DNA of 64,000 nt from a virus (lineage: Duplodnaviria; Caudoviricetes): positions 52,724-116,723 of IMG/VR virus record IMGVR_UViG_3300033463_006083, one strand, 5' to 3'. The notes below the pieces were generated by a model. That model had not been told where the DNA came from, made no database searches, and saw nothing but the letters and a program-made list of their open reading frames with translations. Positions 13,332-25,257 of the stretch are shown one piece after another (the first letter of the stretch is position 1; each line of letters opens with the position of its first letter). A program made the translations under genes and the position numbers.

Positions 13332-13687
13332 TATACACTTCCTGCAGGTTCTGTCAATTGTCCTCTAGGTTTTACACAAGAGGTAATTACAAATTGACCA
13401 TTTTCATAATTATCATTTCCGCTACCATACATAATAGGATATCTTACTCTTGTATTTAATTGATTTGCATACATAGTATTTCCAGCTTTACATAAAACAG
13501 GAATATCTCCTACATTAGTTCTTATAAAAACAGGTAAATTCGCGGCCGCAGCTACATTATTGCATATAACGAGTCCATAAGTTTCTGTATTAACTAGATT
13601 TTTTACTGCTCTATTAGGAATTAAAATTACTTCCTCCTCAGTAGTTTCTACAGTTGAGCAAAAAATTGTTTGACAGTAATTATTCAT
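13331..13687 (-). CDS. Cys-containing beta-rich hypothetical protein
   Basis: Track ORF with AAAGGAG RBS. Confidence 0.7.
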   Translation of the reverse strand: MNNYCQTIFCSTVETTEEEVILIPNRAVKNLVNTETYGLVICNNVAAAANLPVFIRTNVGDIPVLCKAGNTMYANQLNTRVRYPIMYGSGNDNYENGQFVITSCVKPRGQLTEPAGSV

Positions 13688-13770
13688 TTTTCAATCTCCT
13701 TTCTCAACAAAAAATAGCGGAAGCACCTGGCCTCCGCATGTCGACTTGCAAAAGCAAGGATTAAGTTAAA

Positions 13771-14340
13771 CTAGTATAAAGAATTACATCCACAACCAGT
13801 ATAGCAAGGTGGATTTAATACATATCTACCTTGTAAATTTAAAATTGTGTCTGTTGAGTTTTGTACAGCAGCAGTTAAAGTAGCTGTTTGATTTGCATTA
13901 GATAAAGCATCTCTTGTAGTTTGAAGTTTATCACTTAATTCTCTGATATAATTATCTTGAATCATTTGTCTTGTAGCAGCATTTTCAGTTGTTACTAAGT
14001 TTCCAATTGCGGCAATACTATTGCTAATTTGTTGTTGAATATCTTTCATAGCAACTAAATTACTATAATTGCTTGTTAAAACAGTATCAGTTAATGCGCA
14101 TTGACCTTGAGCTAATCCTCTAATAGCATTATCTTGTGATTGAAAATATAAACTATTTTGAAGATCACTTTGTCCTAAAGCTGTTGCTCCATTATTCCAG
14201 AAACCACCATTTCCGCCAAATAATAGAATGAAAATAATAATTAATGAGAAAATTCCCATAGAACCACCAAATAATCCATCGTTATTATCTCTTGTTAATG
14301 CTAATACATCTGCAGCTGACATTCCAGTATTATCGTTCAT
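13771..14340 (-). CDS. Gly-rich single-TM protein with coiled coil and Cys-rich tail (CYTGCGC)
   Basis: MSAADVLAL..GGSMGIFSLIIIFILLFGGNGGFW.. then Q/N-rich helices; RBS GGGAGG. Confidence 0.75.
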   Translation of the reverse strand: MNDNTGMSAADVLALTRDNNDGLFGGSMGIFSLIIIFILLFGGNGGFWNNGATALGQSDLQNSLYFQSQDNAIRGLAQGQCALTDTVLTSNYSNLVAMKDIQQQISNSIAAIGNLVTTENAATRQMIQDNYIRELSDKLQTTRDALSNANQTATLTAAVQNSTDTILNLQGRYVLNPPCYTGCGCNSLY

Positions 14341-14391
14341 CTTCTTCCTCCCTTTCCTTAAAATATTTATAATAAAAAGCTAGTCACGTGC

Positions 14392-14610
14392 CTATCTTCT
14401 ATTACCATTAATTAAATTAATCATTTGCACAAATTGTTCTTTTGAAATTCCTTTTTCATTACACATTTGCGCAATACTTTCCGCTTGTTTTTCTGTTGGT
14501 TGGCTTTTAATTGTATTAAAAAGTTGTAATTGTTGCGGATTTAGTAGACTTGTTAGCGCTTGCTGTGGTTGACTTGATAGTAGCATCTGTGATAGTATGT
14601 TCTGCATGTT
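14392..14610 (-). CDS. Small Gln/Asn-rich protein
   Basis: Track ORF 14392..14616 (MINMQNILSQM..PQQ..NPQQ); the exact start is uncertain. Confidence 0.6.
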   Translation of the reverse strand, partial: NMQNILSQMLLSSQPQQALTSLLNPQQLQLFNTIKSQPTEKQAESIAQMCNEKGISKEQFVQMINLINGNRR

Positions 14611-14986
14611 TATCATCCAATCTCTCCTCCAATTCTTTTATTTTCTTTTCTAATTCTTCAATCTTAATATCTTTTTCATCTTTAGGAACTATAATATTAT
14701 AAACTTTAGATATATTTCCATCTACTTCCTTAATAGATATTTTAGAATTTGGTTCATCAATAAACAGAGTTTTTTTAGATACTATAATATTAGATATATC
14801 TTCATTAGGTTTAACATATCGTATATCCGTATCTGAATTACTACCTGTCGCATTAATAATATTTTGAACAGGCGGCTGCGTATTAATTCCCATATTTTGA
14901 GTATATTGAGCTATCATATTTTCAATATTCTCTTTTTGACGATACAATTGATTCATCAATCCCGCATTATTGTAATTATAAGGCAT
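14516..14986 (-). CDS. Hypothetical protein, first gene of the six-gene operon
   Basis: ATG 14986 (MPYNYNN..) after GAAAGGAG. N/Q-rich N-terminus, beta-rich middle, coiled-coil end. Confidence 0.7.
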   Translation of the reverse strand: MPYNYNNAGLMNQLYRQKENIENMIAQYTQNMGINTQPPVQNIINATGSNSDTDIRYVKPNEDISNIIVSKKTLFIDEPNSKISIKEVDGNISKVYNIIVPKDEKDIKIEELEKKIKELEERLDDKHAEHTITDATIKSTTASANKSTKSATITTF

Positions 14987-15018
14987 ATTTAATCTCCTTT
15001 CCATTTTTTAAACAATAT

Positions 15019-15058
15019 AAAAAAGCCAGGCATTAGGAAAATAGACCTAATGCCTGGC
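15019..15058 (-). terminator. 13-bp GC-rich hairpin plus T-run upstream of the six-gene operon (possible attenuator)
   Basis: GCCAGGCATTAGG / CCTAATGCCTGGC perfect stem followed by TTTTTT on the minus strand. Confidence 0.7.
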
Positions 15059-15182
15059 TATGATATTTCGTTATAATTTATCTATCCATTTGTTTCAATC
15101 CATTTCCCTTTATCAGAGTTTTCTCTCTGACATATATATTTTATTTTTAATTTAAATAAATTATCAAATTTGTCCCAAAATT

Positions 15183-18100
15183 TTATGCATCTGTGCTATC
15201 GTTAGTAATATATAATGTATGAGTATTAGGATCTAGTCTAGTTCTAATACCACCTGTTACATTATAATCTGAATTAGGAACAGTCATTGTTGATTGTCCT
15301 GTTTCAATAGTAATATTACCATATCCTAATAACGAAGTACCATTAATTGTTTTAATATTTGTCCCACTAACTAATTCTGCTTGTTTTTCATCCCAATAAG
15401 TAATTTTTGCATCTGTAATATCATATGCTGGACTTGCAGTAAATACAGGATCAGTTTCAGAAGTAATAAATCCACTGTCATTTGTTAAATCACTTACTTT
15501 TGTTGGAATTGTAGGAAGATTAATTAAATCATTATAATCTCCTGTTGTGGCAACACTAGCTAAATCAGAACTTAATGTATAATAAGTTAAATTATTAACT
15601 GCATTTGTAATATATCCCGCATTATTAGTTAAATCACTCGTATCAGTAGGTAAATCAGTCATTCTAGCTAATCTAACTGAGCCAGCATCTTTACCAGTTC
15701 CAGATGTAGAATCTACATATACATCTCCTTGATATCAAGCTTCTCCTGTTCAAGTTAAAGTATGTGCATTTGATCTTGCGTCATCCGCAGTACCATTACC
15801 AACTATATGAGCATATACATTTGACCCACTAACTATATTATATTTACCTTGAACATGTTGATTATTACTCAATGCTTCTGTATAATATCCTTCAGCATGT
15901 GAATAAATTCCACTTGCCACAGTATTATTTCCTTCAGCATGTGAATAATCTCTTGAAGCTATACTATTATTTCCTTCTGCATGTGAATAAGTTCCTGAAG
16001 CTGTACTACTATTTCCTTCTGCATGCGCACCCATTCCACTTGCAGTTGTATTATTTCCTTCAGCATGTGCTTGTGCTCCGCTAGCTTCAGTAGTTCAACC
16101 TTCTACATGAGAATAATTACCAGAAGCTTCTCCTGATGCTCCTTCTGCATGTGCAGCAGTTCCAGATGCAAGAGATGAAAAACCTTCTGCATGAGAATAA
16201 TCACCAGAAGCTTTTGTTGAAACTCCCTCTGCAACAGCACCATTTCCAATAGTATAATTTGTTCCTTCTGTAGAAGAACCAATTGTTCTAACACTTCGTG
16301 GTTGACTGCCATTAATCCAATTACTATTTGCTAATGATGGATTTGAACCAGCTGTTACATGTCCTTTATTGTCAACAGTAACAGATGTATATGTTCCAGC
16401 AACAACTCCTGATGTAGCATGAGATAATGTTCTAGTACCACTAGTTGTAATTGCTAAATTATCATCAATAACAATTGGACCAGTTGCATTTAAAGTAATA
16501 CTTGTAACAGTACCACTTGGTTCGTCACCAGATGGAATCAATATCCAGCCAGTTCCATTACTAATAAACATATCTCCTACTTTTGCATTTTGACTTGCAT
16601 AAGTACCATCTGTAATAACTTTATATGTAAAACCACTATTTGCAGCTGCAGCCGCAGGTAAACTAGTTATCGTTCCTCCTGACCCTAAAGAACCTTTAAA
16701 TACCATAAAACCAGGAAGTGCGGCAATAGCTGAATCTACATAAGCTGTAGTTGCAACTTTAGTTGAGTTATCTCCACTTTGTTGAGTCGTAGCCGTAACA
16801 CCATTTGTAATAGCACCAGTTAATATTGAAGCTGGTACTGAAGTAATATTAGCTTGACCTGATGTAGCAACACTAGTACCATTAACCGCTACTTCTGTAA
16901 TAGTACCTGTATTAGTTGTATATCCTTGATTAGTTGCGGCAGTAACTCTACCATAACTATCAACTGTAATTCCTTGATAGGTTCCTGCAGTAACACCTGA
17001 AGCATCTAAAGCTATCGTTCCTGTCGTCGTGATATCTCCACCCGTAAGACCAGTTCCCGCAGTTACTTTAGTTACGGTTCCTGTATTAGTTGTATATCCA
17101 CTATCATTTGTAAATGCACTTATATTAGTTGGAATATCGCTTGTTTTAGCAAGTTTAGAAGAACCAGAAGTTTGACTTGTTCCTCCTACATAAACATCAC
17201 CTTTATATCATGCATTACCATTCCAATCAACAGTGTGAGCATTTGAACGAGCTGATGTTCCTGTTCCATTACCAATTATATGTGCATATGTATTATTACT
17301 ATCTAATATATTAAATTTACCTTCTACATGTTGATTTTGTCCAGTTGCTGTTGTGTAACGACCTTCAGCATGTGAAGTTTGACCACTTGCTGTAGTATAA
17401 TATCCTTCGGCATGAGATCCATTAGTTCCACTTGCTGTAGTATAATACCCTTCAGCATGTGCTTGTGTTCCGCTTGCGGTTGTTGTATTACCTTCGGCAT
17501 GAGACGCACTACCAGAAGCCTTAGTTCCAGTACCTTCCGCAAAAGCATAAGTTCCAACTGAATAACTTGAACCATCTGCCATAGCATAAATTGTTCTTAA
17601 ACTACCTGAGGCATTTGCATTTACTAAATTACTATTTACTTCGCTTGTTAAAAATCCACTATCATTAGTTAAATCACTAACTTTAGTAGGAACAGTAATA
17701 TTAGCAACTGCATCTGTATTTGAATTTGCTGTAAAATCAACTATTTTAGTTCCATTTTTTTGAATTGTTAATTTTGCATCATTAACAACAGGAATTGTAG
17801 GTTTATTTGTTAAATCTTCATAGTTTCCACTAAAATCACTTTTAGCATTTCACGCAGTTCTTTCTGCGGCAGTTATAAATTTATGAGTTTTATTAGTATC
17901 ATCAACTAAATCACTGCTTAATTTATTTGAACTTGTTATTTCTGACTGTAAACCACTAACTAATCCACCAACAGGAATATCAATTGTATTACCATTTTGT
18001 AAGGTTAAAATAATCTTTTTATTTGTTGAATCATATTGACCACTGACAACAACAGATTCAAGAGGTAAATCAATAGTACTTGAATTTAACACTGTACCTG

Positions 18101-18683
18101 CACTATTTTTTAATTTTGCAGTAATCTTATAATCTGTAGTATTTACAGATAGTTCTATTTTATTACCTGTAGCAGTTTTTAATTCATAATTAGTTAAATT
18201 ATTAACATCTTTTGTAATAAAACTAGAAACATCTGGTATGTCGCTAATATTTGCCTTACCATTTCAATAATTAATATTTGTATTTGTGATGGTTGCAGCA
18301 GGACTTCCTCAATATCCAGAATCCACACGTTCATAATGTGCATTACCATTAGGATCGTTTGCTGCGGTTACAAAGTAATAAAGTTGATATTTTTTGTCAT
18401 TGGCTGTCCCAGAAGAAAGTTTAAGCGCATATAAAACATCATCTTTCCCATTCGCAACAGAAGGTAAACTATTAACAAACAATAATGCCATACCATTTCT
18501 TAAAGTAATATCATCAGGAGGTGTAATCATATCCATACTATTAACTATTGTTCATGAAAGAACGCCTTCTTGTGAAATAGAAGGAACAAAAATATCACCT
18601 TTATCACCTTTCGCATAAAGGTCTACCTCAAGATAATTTTTCCCCTCAATAGGATTACTCATAACAGAATTATTATCATCCAT
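15183..18683 (-). CDS. Tail fibre/adhesin with YadA-head-like SHAEG repeats (~1166 aa; TGA=Trp)
   Basis: Six track ORFs (15183, 15750, 16095, 17208, 17850, 18309) share one frame. ATG 18683 after AAAGGAGG. 14-aa xHAEG..T.ASG repeats and KVSDLTNDSGF repeats. Confidence 0.82.
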
Positions 18684-18809
18684 GCTATAAAACCTCCTTT
18701 TATATTTTTATATCATTTTTCTTTTTCTCACTATAATAATATTTAAAAATACATAAGATAAATAAATTATTTTAGACCAAAATAAAAAAGACAATGTTTC
18801 CATCGTCTT

Positions 18810-21800
18810 TTATTTTCCTTCTTTTCAATGACTATCAATTTTTTTATATAATTTTTCAACCCTTTTTCAAGCTCCATCTTTTTTATAAAGTAGATGTCCT
18901 TTATTTCAAATTTCATTATTTCCTGCAAACAAATCAGCTTGATTATTGGCATTTATAAAAAAAGTATCTGTAATAACATCATATAGACCAACCTTATTAT
19001 CACGAATTCTTTTACAAGGGAAAAAATCTCTTATTATTGATTGTGTTGCAGTATCAATAATAGTTAAATGATAAAGTTTTAAATTTGCGGCAGATCCCGC
19101 AACAGGATATGTTGTTGAAGGATATTTATAGTTTCTTCCAAAAATATATAAATTGCAATCAGGACCTCCATAAGCATTTAATGACTGTTCTTTTATAAAG
19201 CCATCAATTTTTAAGCTTTGAACGTTTTGTTGAATAATTAACGAAACACGATGCCTTGTAGTATTTGCAACAATATCACTTTCAATAACACCATAATCGG
19301 TTGTGGTTGGACTTTCTGAACATGGATATTCAACTGTAAAACGATTATTTGTATTTATGGCTAAATGAAATTGAGGATTTCAAGTCCAAGTTCCTTCAGA
19401 GTCTCCATAAGCTGCCCCAATAATTGTTTGTCATCCATTTTGTCAAGCTCCAATTGTACTTGTAAATTGAATATCTGCTTCAATATTTAAATGACTATTG
19501 TAATCATTAGGATTAATACCCGTATCAATTCATTGTGCTGCTTGACTTTGAATATAATCTAATTTTTGATATTCTTCATAATTTCAACCATTTTTTATCA
19601 TAATATTAGGAGAACTTCCTTTATATGTTTCAATATTTAATGCAGATGATCAATTTGTACCACCATTATTTTTTGAAGATATAAAGAAAATATATTTTGT
19701 TCAATTATCTAAATTTTCTATTTCCGCACTAGTGTTAGTTCCTAGATTTTGAGAATCTCAAGAGTCTGTATCATCTATTCTAACTCATAATTCTACATAA
19801 CTTGAAATTGTATTAGAATCTGGACCAGGAATTCCAACTTGATTATAATTAGCAATAGCTCCAATTGCATATCACCAATTTCCAAAACCAATAGAACCAT
19901 CTATATAAGAACCAGATTCTATTGTATATGGATCTAAATTAGTTCTCTCTAATCCACCTCAACCATTTCCACTTCAACCAATGTGAATACCCTCATAACC
20001 AGGTACTTTAGTACCTTGTCCAGTTCCAGTGTAAATATTACATGGTGAATCTGATTGTTTTCATCTGTTATACTCTTCTGAAAAATTTGGATAGCATAAC
20101 ATAAATTCAAATTTTCCATCATTACGTTTGTATGTATTATCATCTAATAAATATAAACGAGAATATTTATTTTCAGTTTGAGTATTTTTACATTCTTCAA
20201 CAGTACTAAATAATACAGTTCCTTCTATATTATTATGATAAAAAATTCTTGCTCAACAAGAATTATCACTTAATTTTTTAATTGCCATATCATAAATAGG
20301 TTTAGCAGGTTTTTTCCTTCAATATAAAGTATAATTTGTAATATTTCCATTGGTATCTCCAGTAGCAGAGCAAGATAAATCTGTTGAATTATATTTTACA
20401 TTTGTAGCATTAACATTTAAATTTTTAGGAATGTTAACTAAAGTTGTTTTTTCAACTCCAGAACTTGTACTTGAAAGTGTCTGTGCAGAATTTTTTGCTT
20501 CCATATATAAGCTATATTTTATTCCAGGTGTTAATCCTGTTAAAATATCCGTTCTACTAGTTCCAGAACCAGCAACAGTATATGTATGTTCTGAACCTCC
20601 TTGTGGAGTATAATGCAATATAAAAATTGGATTAACAACACGTTCACAAGAACAGGAAAAACGAATTTTAGTTCTAGTTACTTGTCCAATAGACAATTGT
20701 ACTGAACTTGGTTGATCTTCTTCCCAAATAGCATACATAGTGTAAGTACCTGTAGGAGTATAACTACCTGTAGTCCCTGTTGTTGCAGAAGAACTTGTAT
20801 TTCATCCTTTAAAAGTATAACCACTTCTAGTAGCTATTGGTAAAGTAATACTTGAATAAGAACCAGTAGAAGAACTAAATTGTGCATATAATGTTTCACT
20901 TGCAGATGGAGTATATGAACCTCCTGAAGTTCCTCGTTTTGTTCCACTGGATGATTGTGTCCATCAACCAGTCAATGTATATGTAATAGTTGCAGTAGAG
21001 TTTAAACTTGTTGTACTACAAGACCCTCCATTTGCGTTAAAAGTAACTGTTCTAGTTGCTGTCCCATTAGATTTTGTTGCGTTTGGTAAAGAAATTGCAC
21101 TGTAGGTTCCAGTACTACTACTTCATTGTGCGTATAATGTTTCACTTGCAGATGGAGTATAGGAACCACCATAAGTACCTCTCTTAGTGCCTGCGGATGC
21201 TTGAGTCCATCAACCAGTTAAAGAATATGTAATGGTTGCCGTTGAAGTTTTTGAAGCAGTGCTACAAGTTCCTCCATTTGTTGTCGCATTAAAAGTTACT
21301 GTTCTAGAAGAAGAACCATTAGACTTCGTAGCGTTAGGAAAGTTAATTGAACTATAACTACCAGTACTACTACCTCATTGTTGATATAATGTTTCTACAC
21401 CACTAGGAGTATAAGAACCTCCATTGGCACATCTTTTAGTACCACCTGATGTATTTGTATATCAACCATTGCCACTATAAGTAACAGTAGCTGAAGATGT
21501 TAAACTAGACGAACCTGCAGTTCCACCATTACCATTAAAAGTAACTGTTCTGGAGACACTAGTGTTTGACCTGCTTGCTGAAGGAGTAGTTATTGCTCCA
21601 TTCGAAGTTGAAGAATTTCATTGGGCAGTCATTGTTGTTCCTTCATTTGCGGAGTACGTACCACCGCCACCATAAGTAGCTCCATTTGTAGCTTGTCATG
21701 AACTAAAACTATAAGAGGTTGTGTTAACCGCAGTTTTTGAAGTAGGACTAACAGAACCTCCATTGGCATTAAAATTAACCGTATATCCGTTAGCAGTTGT

Positions 21801-22286
21801 ACTGTTTCGTGAAATAGCACTTGCTAAAGTTAAATTTGTTCCATATGTTTTAGTTTGAGCACTTGGAGTAGAAGATCCTCCGTTTGCATTGTAAGAAACT
21901 GTATATGTCGTATAAGACATAGGGATATCAAAATTAAAAGTTAATGTATTTGGAGTAGAAGCACGTGCCTGAACTGTAAAATTTAAAGTTACACTATTCC
22001 CAGTTAAACCGGTTCAAGTTAAAGTTTTACTTAATAAAGCATCTTGATAGCTAGTATTATTAATACGCACATGTTTAACAACAGCACTTTGTCCAGATCC
22101 ACCACATGTAAAAGTTCTAGTTTGATCAATATCATAATATGCACCATAACCAGCTGATGTACTACTATAAGCTTTAAATTCTAGTTTAGTTAAACTAACA
22201 GTACCATTTTGAGCGGTATATGTTATACGAGCAACACCACCTCAGTTTTTTCCACTAAAGGTAACTCATTTTTCCAATGTAGCCAT
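18810..22286 (-). CDS. Multidomain virion adhesin-like protein (~1158 aa): Listeria/Bacteroides (InlB B-like) repeats, FN3-like, fibrinogen-like and lectin-like domains (TGA=Trp)
   Basis: ATG 22286 after AGGAGG; TAA at 18810; in frame with track ORFs 20319 and 21696. Repeats VTFNANGG...GW...TLYAQW; WARIFYHNN segment; C-terminal LDYIQS..QWIDTG...PCKRIRDNKVGLYD. Confidence 0.75.
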
Positions 22287-22299
22287 ATCCTTTTACCTC

Positions 22300-24093
22300 C
22301 TATGAATCTATTAATACAAATAAATCTCCATCTTTTCCTAGTGAATCGCTAGGTTCAGTTGAACCACTATAAACAGTTGGAATTTCATCAATTGTAATTA
22401 ATTTTTTACTACCTGCATCTTTATTCGTTCCAGATGCAGATTTTACATATATATCTCCTTGATACCATGCATTTCCATTTCAATCAACCGTATGAAGATT
22501 TGATGGTATTTGTGAAGTTCCATTACCTATGATATGAGCATATAAATTTGAAGAGTCTTCAATATTATATTTACCTTCAACATGTTGATTACTTCCTTTA
22601 GCAGTCGTATAATATCCTTCTGCATGAGAATTATCCCCTTCAGCTTTAGTGCCTTTACCTTCTGCAATTGAATTTTTCCCAATAGTATAAGAAGCATTTT
22701 CTTCTAAAGAATATATATTTCTTAAACTTCCTTCAGAATTTCCATTTCTCATATTTAATATATTAATTTTATTTTTAATAACTTCTTGAACAACACCTTT
22801 TAAATTTAGTGGGTATTGAATAGTAATAGGAATTTCTAATTGAGTTCCAATAAATTTTTCAGTTCCTTCTGTTCCTATTATATAATTAGTATTTTTATTT
22901 AAAATTTCATCTTTTGTATATTCTTGCGGATCTTCATCATAATAATAAACATATTGATTATCATAAATATATGACCAAGTAGAATGAGTTTTTATTGTTG
23001 GCAATTGACTAACATTAGCTCTTTTGATACGTTTATACATTTTTCCTTCTTTATAATTAATTTCATCCGCATAATTAGGAACTGCTAATAAACCATTAGG
23101 AAAAATTATTGTATTATTATTATCTTTTAAAGTATATTCTATATCAAAAACAAAATTATCTTCAATATATTCTTCATATTTTGTATCTTCATCTCCAGCT
23201 TCAGTTAAATGACAACATAATTTATCAATACTGTTTGTTGGTACTACACATAAATATCCATTAGCAGGTGGTGTATAATATTGTAAAAAAGTTGAATCAC
23301 TTAATGTTTGTCCTCCTGGAATTGCAGTTGTTGTAGGAGAAAGTAATGTTAATCCACGAGAAGATGTTGTTGGAGCAGTAGCATTTCAAGCAACTCTATA
23401 AATTGAATTCTCATTTGCATCATAAATTGTATAAGTATTATTACCTAAACATTCAAATCATATAATACCATACGTATTTGTTGAAGCATCTGGTTTACCC
23501 GATGTAACATTCCCACTTGCATTAATATAATAATTTTGAATTCTTTTAGTTGTATCATTTTTATTAAATTGATTAAATTTTACACTTGTTAATTTTGTAG
23601 GTTTTGCAATAGTAATAGTACCAATATATTCAGGAATAAAATGTACTATAATACTATCTCCATTAGAAGCAACTCCTGTAATAGTAATTCCAAATGTTGA
23701 AGCCATATTTACAATTGTTCCGTTACGCTTTCAAGAACCTTGATCATAAATAAAAGTATAGTCTCCTTCATTATTTTGTACTGCACTTCTAAAAGTTGCA
23801 ACATTAATTGTTGCTGTAATTGTAGTAGATTCAATATCCATTGTACATTTTTCTTCAATAGTTGTACAATTAACACTACCTCTAATACTATTTATAGTAG
23901 CTTCTCCATTTAAAACATTTTCACTACCACCAGTTTTTCTATAATTAAATTTAGTATCACTTACAATTTTACTACTAGAAACTAAATTATTTGCAAATCC
24001 AACTGTAGTAGTAGGATATACACCAACAGGATCTATTGCAGGATAAATCTCATTCTGCTTTGCTTCATCACTATAAAAATGAATTTCTGCCAT
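22300..24093 (-). CDS. Tail fibre/baseplate-associated protein with one HAEG module (~597 aa; TGA=Trp)
   Basis: Track ORFs 22480, 23458 and 23731 share the frame; TAG at 22300; RBS AAAGGAGG. Confidence 0.75.
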
Positions 24094-24107
24094 AATTTAG
24101 CCTCCTT

Positions 24108-24866
24108 TTAATGAATGTCATAAAATAATCCAGTTGTTATTTTATCTCCATCTATTCTTCCTATTCCCTTTGTTTCATTTTGATTTTTTGTATAAGTTAC
24201 TCCCGTTCCATAAAAAAAGCTATCACCAATTGAATCAGTACCACCAGTAAGATAATAAGTAACATTATTTTCTTTTGCCTTAATAATTACACTATTTGCA
24301 TTAAAACGCTCAAAATGTCCAAAATCTTCATCTTCTTCTGGTAATACATAATAATATAAATCATGAAATCTTTTATCTATTTCTGAGTATGATTCTTGTA
24401 ATTCTGCGGGAATTGCATAAAATGTTGTATCACTTGGATCTGTAATAGATTCAAGACTTTCAACAATTTGTATATCTAATGGACCAGGAATTCCTTGTGG
24501 ACCAGTAATATTTTGAGTAGTTGGATTGGTATAACCTTTATCATTAGTCCAAGAAATATTTCCATTTTCATCTACACTAGGAATAAAAGTTGCACCATAT
24601 CCAGATACTGTAAATACTGTTCTAATAACATCATTAGTATATATATATTCTGTCTTTGTTCATAAATATCTTTTATTTCCTGCAACGGGAACTGTATCAG
24701 ATCAATCAGGAGAATCCTCATCAGGAGGATTAACTCCATCATTACTAGTCATATATGTTGTAATTGAAGTGGCAACACTTATACCATCTTCTCCACGAGC
24801 ATAAATTTCTACATTTAATTGATCATCTATTAAGGGTCTTTCACCCATTGTAGTATCATTAACCAT
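24108..24866 (-). CDS. Minor tail/fibre protein with a short collagen-like GPQGIPGP segment (~252 aa; TGA=Trp)
   Basis: ATG 24866 after GGGAG. Contains PDWSDTVP...RYLWTKTEY and GATFIPSVDENGNISWTND. Absent from ORF track. Confidence 0.7.
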
Positions 24867-24868
24867 AA

Positions 24869-25237
24869 TTATAAGCTCCCTTCTGTAATTTTACTTGCTT
24901 CAGGGTAAAGAACAAATAATTTTGGTCCATCTATATCATAACCAATTAAAGTTGTATTATTATTTAATTCAATCTCATATCAAAATCTCTTATATCCTGA
25001 CTTAAAAGGTTCACATAAACTTTTAGTTTCTGCTGAAGTTAAAGATATATCCGCAACATCACTTGCTTCGGTGAGATCAATTCTTTTTGTTAATAAAGTA
25101 TTTTCAAGATTATTTTCTTCACAAATTGATAAGATAATTCAATCTCCAGCCTTAAAGTCACCTGTCCTATTAACTAAATGAAGAGTTAGAGCATCTCCTC
25201 TATTAACATAAACATTTTTATTAATTATTCTATACAT
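24869..25237 (-). CDS. BppU-like baseplate protein (~122 aa; TGA=Trp)
   Basis: ATG 25237 after AAAGGAGG. MYRIINKNVYVNRGD...ISLTSAETK...FWYEIELN pattern. Absent from ORF track. Confidence 0.6.
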
Positions 25238-25257
25238 AATTTTCCTCCTTTTCTCTC

